A stretch of DNA of 63,843 nt, filler included, from Asterionella formosa (GCA_002256025.1; 5 parts of 5 records of this genome joined end to end with filler, not necessarily neighbours in it), one strand, 5' to 3'; counted from the first letter of the whole stretch, positions 50,490 to 62,131 are shown. The notes: generated by a model from the sequence alone, not told the origin. Program-made: numbers and translations.

Positions 50490-50990
50490 AAGTTTCCTTT
50501 CTGGAGGTATGAAGAACTCGTCTTGGCGCCATATAGATATTCGGTGTAGCCTTTGAAACAAAAAAGTACTTCTCATCTATGTGAAAATAACGATAAAATT
50601 TATCGAAGAAACCAAATTTACCGGCAGGGTCGAGTAGTTCATAATTTTTCTCATCTGGATGGTTCAGTTGCATTAAAGGATTGATGCCATAAAACACGCA
50701 AGAACTTAAAAGCATTGTAAGGCGTTAGCAATGGTTTAATAGCATTTGGATGAGGCTGGATCACTTCTATTTCTTCTGAATTGTCATTATTAAATACAGT
50801 AATAAAAAGCAAGAATACCAAGCTTCTGAGCCATCATGCGATAAGTTCTATGCTGATGGAGAGGTATCAACTTGACAGCTACTATAATATCAGTTGGTGC
50901 TCTCCCACTCTTATATTTCTGGGACTGGGCATGGTAGAATTCAATATCTCCAATTGTGAATGATTCTTTGAGCGTGCGCTTCCAGATACA
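50490..50990 (-). pseudogene. Mariner-like (plant/stramenopile DD39D-type) transposase fragment
   Basis: HPNAIKPLLT followed by FDKFYRYFHIDEKYFFV..YMAP resembles the 'HSNAIKPxLT...F..Y..VHIDEKWF' region around the first catalytic Asp. Confidence 0.65.
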
Positions 50991-51063
50991 AAAATGTTTG
51001 ACTTCTCACATGACTTTTTCCGCCAAATGAAGGCGAACCCTCCTCGGATTTACAACAAGCCAG

Positions 51064-51163
51064 NNNNNNNNNNNNNNNNNNNNNNNNNNNNNNNNNNNNN
51101 NNNNNNNTTAATTAATTAANNNNNNNNNNNNNNNNNNNNNNNNNNNNNNNNNNNNNNNNNNNN
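51064..51163. other. Artificial scaffold-joining spacer
   Basis: N44-TTAATTAATTAA-N44. Confidence 0.97.
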
Positions 51164-51431
51164 TAATTAATATAGACAGAAATAATAAATGCTAAATCTT
51201 TGTCACACATCATCCACATTGGACATGTGGAACTCGAGTTAGTTCGTTGTTTGCTTTCCTGCGGCTCCACCTTCCAATATCCACCTTCTCTACATTGGGC
51301 CTTTCATCTTCGACATTGCCTTGCTTATCTCGATATCGCGTTATTCCAAAATTCTTCTATCGGTTTCGGCGAGGCAAAGAGACGTAGAGATCTTTATATT
51401 CGCCTGACTGACTGGGAAAATGTTGTCCGTC

Positions 51432-52496
51432 ATGAAAGGCAAATGCAACGTTTTTATCGGAATCATTGCTGGAATTTATGTTCTATTAATATTTCATCTA
51501 GACTTGCTCCCAAATCAGCAGATTTTCTCTTCTGTCAATACAAAACCAGGTCTAATTCCCAGACGTGATGATAGACCATTTGTGGATTTGCTTGTCGTAA
51601 TTGGTTCTGGCTCCACAGCGCAGAATGAAGATTTGCGCCTAGCAGCACGAGAAACCTTTCTCAAAGACCTAGTCAATCACAGCAAATTCCGAGCTGCATA
51701 TCGGTTCTTTGTGGATGCGAATGCATCGAGACCCGACAAGGCTTACAACGGCACGACAGGCGACACAGTAGAAATGGATGTCCCTGCCGGGTATGCACAC
51801 TTTGCCGATCGTGCCTTTTGGCAAATGGAGTATGCAGCTAATTATTTTGACTTCCAGTACCTGCTTCGAATCGACGATGACGGGTATATCTGTACTGATC
51901 AACTGATTTATCATCTGATGCATCAAGCGCCCAAGACACGCTTTTTCTGGGGTAAATATTGGTGTGGTGATGGACAGCAACTAGCCGATGAAAATTTTAT
52001 GTTGTTTTCTCGGGATATTCTTGACATTTTCTTTTCCCTCAAGAAACATGCTATTCAAGGGGAAAATGCAACATTTGCGGCATTATTTGGATTTTGGAAC
52101 CGTCTCCTGAATCTTACAATCTGGGATGATCGAGATCGCATTGATGCTCAACAAGAGTACACGACTACGTACATGCACTCAACAACAACAACGGAAATTT
52201 CCGTCGACGACACTGTACTGAAAGATTTTTGTAAGCGTCACATATTCGCTCACCATGTAAGGCTACCAAGTCTGATTCGGAGGGTTCATAGCTTGTTACC
52301 ACCTGAAACAAGGCATCCTGATGCCTTGTCATCTCTGCTTAAGTCACCAACTCCAGGTGTTATATGCAGGGGCGAAAGAAATTTCAGCAATATTTTGAAT
52401 CCTGAACGAACAAGTTTGAAAGGATTAGACTATCCAGCAATGTCATGGTCAGAGATTGAGAATGAAAAACAAATGATGCCTCAATTCCTCCAGTAG
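51432..52496 (+). CDS. GT31-like (beta-1,3-galactosyltransferase-type) type II membrane glycosyltransferase
   Basis: N-terminal TM (VFIGIIAGIYVLLIF); LLVVIGS...LRLAARETF; YRFFV; FQYLLRIDDDGYI (DDD motif); FFWG. Confidence 0.8.
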   Translation: MKGKCNVFIGIIAGIYVLLIFHLDLLPNQQIFSSVNTKPGLIPRRDDRPFVDLLVVIGSGSTAQNEDLRLAARETFLKDLVNHSKFRAAYRFFVDANASRPDKAYNGTTGDTVEMDVPAGYAHFADRAFWQMEYAANYFDFQYLLRIDDDGYICTDQLIYHLMHQAPKTRFFWGKYWCGDGQQLADENFMLFSRDILDIFFSLKKHAIQGENATFAALFGFWNRLLNLTIWDDRDRIDAQQEYTTTYMHSTTTTEISVDDTVLKDFCKRHIFAHHVRLPSLIRRVHSLLPPETRHPDALSSLLKSPTPGVICRGERNFSNILNPERTSLKGLDYPAMSWSEIENEKQMMPQFLQ

Positions 52497-52931
52497 GCAA
52501 AGGATTACGAATATACACTTACTGTACATTTATCAGCCGACACTATACGTGCAGAATGGTCAAGTGAATGAACTACTAAGAAGCATGTCCAAAATCTACG
52601 TCCAAATAAGGAGGTGCTAACCAACAAACACTCTCAACCTCCCAAGTACCTACAGGACAATGGAGGGCCCAGACAAAATATGGAGCGATTTGATGACTCT
52701 GAATAAACTTTTCCAACCAATCTGTAGAGGCACTTTTAACCTGAAACATTGTACTGAATTCTATAGTATAAATCAGTCATTGTGTGGGAACATGATGTTA
52801 ATACATGTCATAAAATTACTAGAACATCGAAGAATTATTTTTCAATTTTAAAGCCTGTAATCTGGAGTAAAATGTTTGTACAGCAAAACAAAAAATTTCA
52901 TTATACTCCATGACAAATAAATATTCATTTG

Positions 52932-54155
52932 TTAATTGGACAGATACTCCAGTCTGAGATACTCATGTGCCTCCAAGTAGCAACCAGCATGGGCCTCAAG
53001 AATTGGCTCCCACGGTTCACCTGTCTTCGGATATCCCCCGCCCATGGTGATGACAAGCGGTAGATTGTTTTGCTGGCAAAAGTCATATACCAAACGGTTT
53101 CGTCGCCGAACTCCAGTTGGACTTACTGACATCCTTCCCAGCCGATCCTGTGCCAGTATGTCTACCCCAGCTTGAAAGAAAACAAGTTGGAAGGGACCCC
53201 CTTTGCCTTCAATCTGTTTCAACCAATGCCTGAGTGTTGCAAGATACGTTTCATCTGTACAACCTGCAGGAAGCTCAATATCCAGGTCAGAATTTTGTTT
53301 TTCCGAAAAGTAGTTGGCAGCACAGTGCAAACTAAAGGTGACCACATCCGACCGATTGTTAAATAGCGCGGCATTCCCGTTTCCTTGATGTGTGTCCAAG
53401 TCAATAATGAGAATCCTTTGGATGTGTTCTGGATATCTCTCAAGCACCACATTTGCAGCAACCGCAATATCACTAAATACACAAAAGCCTTCACCTCGGT
53501 CATAAAACGCATGATGTGTTCCTCCTGCCAAATGTGCTGCCCACAAGGGCATTCTGGATGTCGATGCCACAAGAGCCTCACAAATAGCACATGCTGCTGC
53601 CACTGTACCTCCAGTTGAACTCAAAGCTCTTCTGACTCCATCATGACTCCAAGGAAATCCAACATTCCGTCGTTCCTGTTCTGCTTGGTCCCCCGTCAGG
53701 AATCGGTGCAGGTACGAAGGCGAGTGGGTGGTGGTGATTTCGTCCCATGTGGCCAATGGCGACACTCGAAAGTCGCAATGAATCGTTTCTGTGTCATTCA
53801 GCGCAGCAATGGACGTTTGCACAATGTCTCGGACTCGAGCGTATTTTTGCATGGGAAAACGGTGATGGGGTGGAAGGTTGAACTCGTACACGTCGTTGTA
53901 AAACATTGGAAAGAATGGCTTGGATCGATCAGGGTTTGGATAGTCGGTGCGAACGCCTGGATGATTTTGGAATGGCTCCATGGCATTATTTTTCGGTGCC
54001 AACGTTGAACATTGCACAGCCCACTTAAACAGCCTCGAGTGTCGCTGTGCCAACAACGGTAAGGCGCGAGTATATCGAATTCCTCTTCGTAGTAGTGAGC
54101 ACATCATTGTAGCGATAATTATGGAGGCCCCAAATCTTGTGCTTGCTCTAAACAT
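52932..54155 (-). CDS. Histone deacetylase family (Zn-dependent, HDAC11/AcuC-like) protein
   Basis: Motifs LPPHHRFPMQKY, AGGTHHA, GEGFCVFSD, IDLDTHQGNG, AGVD..DRLG and MGGGY. Arg-rich N-terminal extension. The exact start Met is uncertain. Confidence 0.92.
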   Translation of the reverse strand: MFRASTRFGASIIIATMMCSLLRRGIRYTRALPLLAQRHSRLFKWAVQCSTLAPKNNAMEPFQNHPGVRTDYPNPDRSKPFFPMFYNDVYEFNLPPHHRFPMQKYARVRDIVQTSIAALNDTETIHCDFRVSPLATWDEITTTHSPSYLHRFLTGDQAEQERRNVGFPWSHDGVRRALSSTGGTVAAACAICEALVASTSRMPLWAAHLAGGTHHAFYDRGEGFCVFSDIAVAANVVLERYPEHIQRILIIDLDTHQGNGNAALFNNRSDVVTFSLHCAANYFSEKQNSDLDIELPAGCTDETYLATLRHWLKQIEGKGGPFQLVFFQAGVDILAQDRLGRMSVSPTGVRRRNRLVYDFCQQNNLPLVITMGGGYPKTGEPWEPILEAHAGCYLEAHEYLRLEYLSN

Positions 54156-54959
54156 GCTTCATTAATAACATGCATGGTATTGCGTTCATGGAGAACAAGT
54201 TGAGCAAGGCTAATTTCTGTGATTGGTGACTTCAGCCGGTGTCGCCGGGACGATGATGCATTACATTCAGCACCAATACGGTCTGGTGTACCTTGTAGTC
54301 GATGAAGAAGCAAACAAGCAAGGGGCGATTTGCTTCACGTACTAATATGCTAATATGTGTGCAACATTTATATCCTCATATATGTATATCATATATTTAT
54401 AACGGTTGATGTGGGGCGTTTCCGAGCCATGTAGTACTATGTACGATACCGGATATGATACCAGTAGCGGAATATCCTGTAGATCGTTCGAAATTGTGTG
54501 CTTCATGTATCATGGATACGCATATAATACCTTTAACGGTATGTATGATTTTGAACACAAGGCCGTGCAGTAGAACAATATTTATATATAATAAGAACCA
54601 TGTATATACCGGTACTTACTATATACGGTATGATAGACGGTATATATATGCACCCATATGTTTTGCATTTTCCCTACCGGTACCCCGGTAGTCGTCAGAT
54701 GACAGGTGTAACTATTAGCACATTTTTTGGCGCGGCTGCCGTCAATCAATATACCGACATAAACAAATGATTTCTGATCTTCACCATTTCCAAGCCATCA
54801 AATGACGACCACATCAATTGAAAACGAAAGGATCCTTCCTGATGATGGTACTGATGCAAAGAGAGTGACTTTTCTTCTCGTGATGTGTGCTGTGTAGTGA
54901 CGTGTTGCTTTCATATCGTCACTCTTGCTTGGGTCAACTGAACCGACAACAATACTTAA

Positions 54960-57608
54960 ATGGCTCCTATTTCGCAGAGAAAGCTGCCCCCGTTGTTACC
55001 CAAAGCCAGAGATGGTATTGCACGTCCTCACAACATAATTGGACCATCAATTGATAATATACCACGCGGAAAATCTCGCAAGTCCCCAACAACTTTCCCA
55101 TTATGGGCAAAGCTAGTGACTGGATCCATGGTTGCCTATTTCGTCGTCATTTTGTACTTTATCGGTGGCATTAGCTTCCATACCCAAAATCGTCCAGGCA
55201 AAACAAACTCACGCCCGGTCACTGCTGAAAAAACGAGAAAAATATACCGTAAAGGGAGCCGCCGCACTCCCTACATGGTACCCTCGTTTTCGTTTGATAG
55301 AGACAAAGCTGAGCTGTTCTTGACATGGCAGGGGCCGTCGTCCATTCGCAAGGTAATTTCTGCCTTTGTGGAGCCACCCATGATTGACACAGTGCCTGGA
55401 ACGGGGTCGCAAGGAGACGTCGATAACGATAAAGATTACGGATTTCCTCCAGATTTCGTGGTGCCCTTGCCATTGCGAACAAATACTCCTGCCGACTTGA
55501 AACTCTACGAATACACGCAATTTAAAACTTGCGCCGACATGCCTGGGAAGCTCCCTGTTGATCGTGGCCTTGAATATGACGCGAACGGCAATCAAGTCGT
55601 GAGGAATGTTGGCAACACGCCCACATCAGACGACTTTCCTTGGACAGAGGCTCCTTTCTGCCCAGTGGAGGCTGACCCATTTTTACCATGGATTCACGAT
55701 ATGTTCCCCTCCATTGACGGATCCAAAATTGAGTTTGTGGCTCAGAACAAGCGACGTTGCAAAACAGGAAAGTTGTTTCTGAAGGATATAAAACGACTAG
55801 AACCACAAGTAGCTCTGCTACAACATGTCAGTGTCGATAGAATAGATGAAAGGACAGCTAGAGAACTTGCTCCTGAATTGTGGCACTCGGACGATTTGGT
55901 GGACTTGCCTCGCTACAGACTAGCACCCTTCAATGAATCTGCTCCTGATGGTCAAGAGACTCGATTTATATGTCGATTCTATGGAACAGACTTCTCCTCT
56001 GGGACGCCGCGATCAATTATTATTGGAGAGACCTTGTCAGAGTATCCGTTCAACTACGAGTTTGTTTCGTACCGCAAAATGAGACCAACCATGATCACTC
56101 CAAAAGGAAAAGATGCCAAGTACTTCTGGACATCAAATCTTCGGTTTGAGTGCCCAGTTCCTGATATCCCAGGTTTAAGGGACCAAATTGCCTCGTCGTC
56201 TACCATTTTAAGCGACGGATCTCCAACAATGCACCTCGATCTAATTCCGATTAGGACTTCGCCGAGATTTGGACTTCAAGAGATTTACTTTACCGAAGAT
56301 ATGGCAGGACCAAAGAATCAATGGGGAATCGGCGGCGGAAAGCACAAATTGGGAGAGGAGCCTACAAAACCTGTAGAGGGATTCAATGCAATGACTCGCT
56401 GGGGCTATCGACACGTACTGCCTCGAGTAGAAGCTAGTGGCAGATGGATAAATCTCCCCATTTGTCATCCTCCGAAGCTCTTAGTCAACCATGAAAGCAG
56501 CAACGTGGGGGCAGTCATTTCGAAGGAGGAAAAGGGGAAGTCAATAAAACCTCATCTTCTTTCCGCCTGTTTGTGGGCTTCAGCGTCTTTCAAAACTCGG
56601 GGGAAACACCGTGATCCAGTATTAGACACAGCACAGAGGTTGGTGGAGTGGATTGAGTTTCATCTTTTAGTTGGATTCGACCATATTTACGTGTATGATA
56701 ACAGTGGTGCACACACAAACGCAACTTCATTGGCACCTGTTCTAGAAAGGTTTCCGAAATCACATGTCACTCACATTGATTGGCCCAGCATTGTCTGCAA
56801 TAACAACATTCCTGCTCACGATAACACTGGAGAGAGATCAAGTCAATATGCAGCTGAAAATTCCTGTCGGACACGACATGCACCCTTCACTGAATGGATT
56901 GCAGCATTCGATACTGATGAATATCTTGTTCCCGTGGGAAAACACACGAGTCTCCGCGAAGTTGTGATTGATGCAGCCAAGAGCAAGACAAACATCCTTT
57001 CTTTTCGAAGTACACGGTCAAAGCTGTTACTCCGAGAGTCAGAGGAAGTTGGAGGCGATCGCCGTCAGAAGAAAGTAAATTCTACTTTCCTCGAAGCCTA
57101 CAACTGCGATGGGTCCTCGAACCCAAAGCCTGATTGGGCTGACCGGGCCAGGAAGCAAGTTTATCGATCCGATTATGTTTTGTATCATTTTGTTCATTAT
57201 TCCACTGTAACACAAGGTATCACAAGAACTTTCAAAGACCAAAGTGGGTGGACCCGATCCTATCACGAGTCATCTCAGTCAGAACGTATCACTGATGAAG
57301 TTAATGAGGCAGTGATGCTGCATACTAAGACAACGAGCACGGAGCAAACCTCACGGTGGAAGATGCGATGTCATCACGATTTTGAAAAGAAGTGGAGAGG
57401 TTGCAATGTTGGTTTTCCATGGCCAGATGGGGTCGAGGAGCAAGGCGACCTCAGTCACGACGAAGATGGGATGAAATACAATTGCTTTCAGAACAAGAGA
57501 ATCACTGACTACTGGGTACCAAAGTTGCGTGAAGCGATGGTTGCGAGGGATATGTCTGTAAAACAATCAGTCCTTTCCAAGTTGGATTTCGATATACCAA
57601 AAGTCTAG
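54960..57608 (+). CDS. Glycosyltransferase family 92 (DUF23)-domain type II membrane protein
   Basis: 882-aa intronless ORF with an N-terminal TM. Motifs LSACLW, LVEWIEFHLLVGFDHIYVYDN and WIAAFDTDEYLVP (DxD). Confidence 0.85.
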   Translation: MAPISQRKLPPLLPKARDGIARPHNIIGPSIDNIPRGKSRKSPTTFPLWAKLVTGSMVAYFVVILYFIGGISFHTQNRPGKTNSRPVTAEKTRKIYRKGSRRTPYMVPSFSFDRDKAELFLTWQGPSSIRKVISAFVEPPMIDTVPGTGSQGDVDNDKDYGFPPDFVVPLPLRTNTPADLKLYEYTQFKTCADMPGKLPVDRGLEYDANGNQVVRNVGNTPTSDDFPWTEAPFCPVEADPFLPWIHDMFPSIDGSKIEFVAQNKRRCKTGKLFLKDIKRLEPQVALLQHVSVDRIDERTARELAPELWHSDDLVDLPRYRLAPFNESAPDGQETRFICRFYGTDFSSGTPRSIIIGETLSEYPFNYEFVSYRKMRPTMITPKGKDAKYFWTSNLRFECPVPDIPGLRDQIASSSTILSDGSPTMHLDLIPIRTSPRFGLQEIYFTEDMAGPKNQWGIGGGKHKLGEEPTKPVEGFNAMTRWGYRHVLPRVEASGRWINLPICHPPKLLVNHESSNVGAVISKEEKGKSIKPHLLSACLWASASFKTRGKHRDPVLDTAQRLVEWIEFHLLVGFDHIYVYDNSGAHTNATSLAPVLERFPKSHVTHIDWPSIVCNNNIPAHDNTGERSSQYAAENSCRTRHAPFTEWIAAFDTDEYLVPVGKHTSLREVVIDAAKSKTNILSFRSTRSKLLLRESEEVGGDRRQKKVNSTFLEAYNCDGSSNPKPDWADRARKQVYRSDYVLYHFVHYSTVTQGITRTFKDQSGWTRSYHESSQSERITDEVNEAVMLHTKTTSTEQTSRWKMRCHHDFEKKWRGCNVGFPWPDGVEEQGDLSHDEDGMKYNCFQNKRITDYWVPKLREAMVARDMSVKQSVLSKLDFDIPKV

Positions 57609-57932
57609 GGCATCACTTAAAACGTCGATTGGTTCCATCTGGGTGGTTTCGGTTTTTATTTTTCTTTATATAGATCGGTTGCGAACTTCTTCACATTTTG
57701 TGTATCAAGCCACAGCCGAGTCGTAAAGAAGTACATACTGACGGAGAGAGCAAATCCAAGGAACTGAAACTAGTTTTCTAAGCGTGTGTTCTGCTCTTCA
57801 CTATTTGATATGGGTTCATGATGACCATAGTTAGTTGGTAACAAATATAATAAGATACATTAAAGCGTCGACGGCAATCTATTGTGGATATTGAGATCTG
57901 ATGAATTTATGTCTATTCGTATAATGAAGTAT

Positions 57933-58568
57933 TTACATGGATTGCAGGTGCTCGATGATGCCCTTTCCATCTGCAAGTTCTTGTGCGAGGAAACCGGCAG
58001 CAGCGAGCATTGCAAGGCGTCCGTTTTGAAGCTCCTTGGTAACCATGAGGTTGAACTCAGCGGGGTCTGTTGGCTTCAGCCCCAATGGATCGAAACCGAT
58101 ATCACCGGGGTAGTAAGCATCACGGAGAAGACCGGCCTTTCCAACAGGAACCTTCTCGGGTTCAACCCATCCAACTTCAGCGCGCTTGACTTCGGATGCA
58201 CCAATGGCAATGGTGAGCAAGACCCAGAAAGGAGCAGGAACCTGGGCCAAGTGGGTTATGGCAGGTCCCTTGATGGAGGCATCAAAGAGGAAGGAACTTC
58301 CTTCAACAGCCTCCCCAACGAGGAAACCTATGGTTGCGAGCATAGCTACACGTCCGTGGGTGACCTCCGCTTCGCGGTATCGACGAAGGGTGGCTTCGTC
58401 GGCCTTCTCAGCGAACCCAAGCGGATCGAAGAATCCCATAGGTGCGAGGGACCCAGGAAGATCAGCGACGGTAAAGGCAAGGGACGATGAGGTCTTCTTG
58501 GCAGGAGAAGGAGCGAATGCGGCAGCGGAGCCAGCAAGAATGGCGGTGAAAGCAATAATGAACTGCAT
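57933..58568 (-). CDS. LHCX: Light-harvesting complex protein of the LHCX/LI818 photoprotective family
   Basis: Signal peptide + AAA-FAP. Motifs FFDPLG, REAEVTHGRVAML, GEAVEGSSFLFDASIKGPAITHL, GWVEP, YYPGDIGFDPLG and KELQNGRLAML. Confidence 0.95.
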   Translation of the reverse strand: MQFIIAFTAILAGSAAAFAPSPAKKTSSSLAFTVADLPGSLAPMGFFDPLGFAEKADEATLRRYREAEVTHGRVAMLATIGFLVGEAVEGSSFLFDASIKGPAITHLAQVPAPFWVLLTIAIGASEVKRAEVGWVEPEKVPVGKAGLLRDAYYPGDIGFDPLGLKPTDPAEFNLMVTKELQNGRLAMLAAAGFLAQELADGKGIIEHLQSM

Positions 58569-58637
58569 TTTTGAAGAATGTATTGATGAGTTTGTAGCTG
58601 TAAGAAAATTGTGGGAGAACTGTTGGAGAAAAGCAAA

Positions 58638-58714
58638 GCCCTATGATCCTGCTGGTTCGTCAGCTGTGAGTGCTGGCCCTATGATCCTGCTGGTTGAAAC
58701 AGTTGTGAGTGCTG
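58638..58714 (-). promoter_or_regulatory. 38/39-bp tandem duplication in the LHCX proximal promoter/5'UTR
   Basis: GCCCTATGATCCTGCTGGTT...TGTGAGTGCTG x2, 70-146 nt upstream of the ATG. A regulatory role is inferred from position only. Confidence 0.5.
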
Positions 58715-60185
58715 ATGTGGCTTCTTGTGAATCAGTCGTAACTGTATATACTGGTACGATGATTCAAGCCAATCCATAACCTTGGTTTGACTAGCAGACG
58801 CTTTGCTAGGCGACATGTGAGTTGTTTAGTGATGTGTCGCTTTCTGCCACCACGATTTTGTGAGCTCGAAATGCTGGTTTCTTTCTACACACTTCCGTCA
58901 GTCCCTAATTCAGAGCACTAATGGCGGGACTGGCGGATGCGATTGAGGATAAACTTTCAAACAATGCATTACTACGTACTGTCCCATTCCCGCGCATAAA
59001 ATATTAGCTCGTGAACAATGACCGGCCGATGATCTACACTGGCGCAACGCATATACATGTAGCAGCAAGTTGCAGTCATTTTGCTGAAAGGACAACATGG
59101 CGTCGAATAGGCGCTTATGTTAATCTTATTGCTATAGATGATTCCGGTATGTATATGAAGGGAGTCTTAAATTAAATGAAGGGTGCCATGCCCCTCATCT
59201 ACAGAATTCGAGGTCTGCATTTTACCAAAATATTCGGTTTTTTCCTCTGTACCTACGTGTTACACCCACGCACAGTGAACAGCACAGAACATAAGGTTAC
59301 CGGTAGTTACATAATTCAAAACTAGTTGAAGGTAAAACTACCTTTCACAATTGTCAGCAATTTGCATACCCGGTATGCTTTGATACATGTCTGATCAAAG
59401 AAATGCTATCTTCAGAAATGGTGGGACTTCATTTCTGGAGAGAAGTTGCTGTTATTCCCTGGAATCTTTTACTAGTATGCCAAAAAATGGGGCCATCATG
59501 TATAGTAAAATTCTCTATAAACCTTAACTGCCACTACTCACCAGAAGGACACTCCTGAAGTTATAGGGATAACGCCTAAATATCTTTATCTGCAAATACG
59601 GTAAAATAACGCCGCTAGCATTTGAGCAGTCCTCATCCAAAATGACAACCCATGAGATGTTTTGTAGTGACAGAAATATTGGAATTGGAATCTTTACTGT
59701 GTACACAAGCATAATAATCCGCAAATGTATCTTGTGATTGAAAGTTATGTCAAATGATTTTCTGTTAAAGATTATATATTTCTAAACTGAAAGATAATTC
59801 TTGGTAGCAAGGGAAATGATCAGGATAGTGCACTTATCCATTGAACATTGCACTGTTATGACACATTCCTTGAACCAGATAATTTGTAAAGTGTATCCTA
59901 TATTATGACAATTTATATAAGTGTAATCAATGATAGTCCCTTCACATGAGTCAGCTGAAGGATTCTGTCTTATAAGAATATATGCTCCTTTGCCTGTAGG
60001 TAGTCTGTAATAATGGATCTAGAAATTCTTGTGTGTCTGTTTTTCCTTCATCACTTGGGAATGAACACCAAGAAATTCCCTGTTCCACATACCAATTTCA
60101 CAGCTTTGGCGATATTTTGCTCCAAACTAGGCACGAAGCGGCAAAGAAGAGTGAAATTCCAGCTATAATAAACACAGCATTCGCC

Positions 60186-61415
60186 TTAGATACTCAAATT
60201 GTTTAGCTTGGTGACCTTTTGCTTCAACGAATCTGGCCATTGAAGTACCTCAGTAAGAAATTTTTCATTCTTAAATTTGCTGCAGCTGACCTCAAAGACT
60301 CCAGGTTGGTCATCGATGCTAAACTTTAGCTTCGAAGGTTCCGGCGTTACTAAACCCTTTCGGTTCGCATTCCGTGCTTGAGCATCTTGCTCTAGTTGTT
60401 CCAACCGAAGGCATCCGTCACCAAAGTACTTTTCAGCGACTCCTAGTTCTCCACTCTCCCACAATATACTGGAGAGTGCCAATCGCCCTTCTCCTTCCTT
60501 TGCCACCACTCGCTGAAGCAGTTCAATATCTCTCCCTTCAATGGAAACAGTTTTCTTAATTCCCGTTTTCAAAAGGGGGATCGCATCATCGACCATTCCG
60601 CCAGCTGCCAAGTCAATTCCAGAATCGATCAATGAAATAACAGATCTAGCCCGATCTCCAATTTCCAAGAACGCAACGGAAGCTAGAACGTGAATGTCGG
60701 CGGCTTCAGTATATCTTCCAGCAGCTCGGAGACTCGATCCCCATTCCCAGGTAGCATAGGGATTTCTGGATGCCCCGTCTTCAAGCAGTTCTTGCTCTGT
60801 GTCCCAATCTTCGCGCGAGGAAAGTTTGATTGAGTTCTTGTAGTCTTCTGCCGCCTGTACCGCTTCTGCCTTAGTGACCAGAGCCCCCTTACCACGAATG
60901 GCCCGAGCGCGTCCCAAGTAAGCAGCCGGCAGGTCCGAGGGGTCAGCATTTTGTCCGCCAGGGCCTTGCAAAAGCTTGATGGATCTTGAAAAATCTTGTA
61001 TCGCGTCATCAGGTTTGAGTAGCGACATGTAGCAATCAGCTCTGATTCTATAGAGACCGGCAAGTTCGTCCACCGGCTGTGACTGCCACGCTTGGATTGC
61101 CTGAGTTAGCAATCCCTCTGCCTTGCTGACGTCTCTGTCCTGCTGGTTGTAGTATGCAGCCATGGCCTGTCGAAGCAAGTCAATGTCACCTGCCGAAGGC
61201 GTTACAACATCAGCGGCTCCAGCTGGGGGGAATAGCCATTGGCGTATGTGCTCCCCCAACAGATTGACAGGGTTGATCTGAATCCGCTTTTGATGGGTTG
61301 ACCAAACAATTTGGGGAGGAGGAACTGATAAATAAGTAGTTGGCAAGTTGCGAGTAAACATGCCGTCACGGTCATTTGAAACGAAGGAAAGGACAGTCCA
61401 AGGAAGGAGCTTCAT
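60186..61415 (-). CDS. Tetratricopeptide-repeat (TPR) protein
   Basis: Helical repeats LYRIRADCYMSLLKPDDAIQDFSRSI, AYLGRARA and WGSSLRAAGRYTEA. Probable start MKLLPW at 61415; the upstream ORF extension runs through intergenic-type GGTACC repeats. Confidence 0.75.
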   Translation of the reverse strand: MKLLPWTVLSFVSNDRDGMFTRNLPTTYLSVPPPQIVWSTHQKRIQINPVNLLGEHIRQWLFPPAGAADVVTPSAGDIDLLRQAMAAYYNQQDRDVSKAEGLLTQAIQAWQSQPVDELAGLYRIRADCYMSLLKPDDAIQDFSRSIKLLQGPGGQNADPSDLPAAYLGRARAIRGKGALVTKAEAVQAAEDYKNSIKLSSREDWDTEQELLEDGASRNPYATWEWGSSLRAAGRYTEAADIHVLASVAFLEIGDRARSVISLIDSGIDLAAGGMVDDAIPLLKTGIKKTVSIEGRDIELLQRVVAKEGEGRLALSSILWESGELGVAEKYFGDGCLRLEQLEQDAQARNANRKGLVTPEPSKLKFSIDDQPGVFEVSCSKFKNEKFLTEVLQWPDSLKQKVTKLNNLSI

Positions 61416-62131
61416 ATTGGTATCAATGCTCAGTCTAGTAGCGCGCTCGTCGTCAGAAAGAATACTATACCATATGTGGAAGATCAAGGAAACATCATTC
61501 ATACAATTCAATGACGAAGAAGGATGTGACCGAGCGATGCATGCAATCCATGGTGTGATATAAAATCGGTCATCAAGCAATTCATGGGATGACTCAAGAA
61601 TGAAATATGTCGTACATGCATACGTAGGGATAAATACTGTATATCCTTCACCCGGTACTCCAGTACCTGGTACCAGGTAGTCTACACGTCTGCCGAACAC
61701 CATCACATGCTACATAAGAAAGGGAATGCATACGGACTACTGTACAGTACAATATGCTGGAGCACCGGTAGGATGTATGGGCTGCATGGCTGATGCACTT
61801 AATATGCTGCTGGAGGACATGAAAATCAACAATTGCTATGTACCGGTACATCATATGTCACCAGTATTTCTATACTTACCGGCATGTGTGTCTGATATCA
61901 CTGCAAAAATGAGTTATTTAGCTATGTTTTCCTAATAGTACTCTTTTACCGCAACTCCCTGGTACAGTACCTGATACCTAGCACGTACTCCATACTGGGA
62001 ATCTGGTCGGGTATAACATTTAGGATTACCAGGGTGGAAAAGAGAGCAAGAAACAAGCAAAGCAACATCCATCACATATGGTATTATAATGGTATATAAC
62101 GATATATCATATCGTCACTGCATGGCTCTGA

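Noticed and set aside
57882..58779. Two ~200-aa plus-strand ORFs antisense to LHCX
   Set aside because: They are antisense shadows expected from the biased codon usage of a highly expressed gene, with no recognisable motifs.
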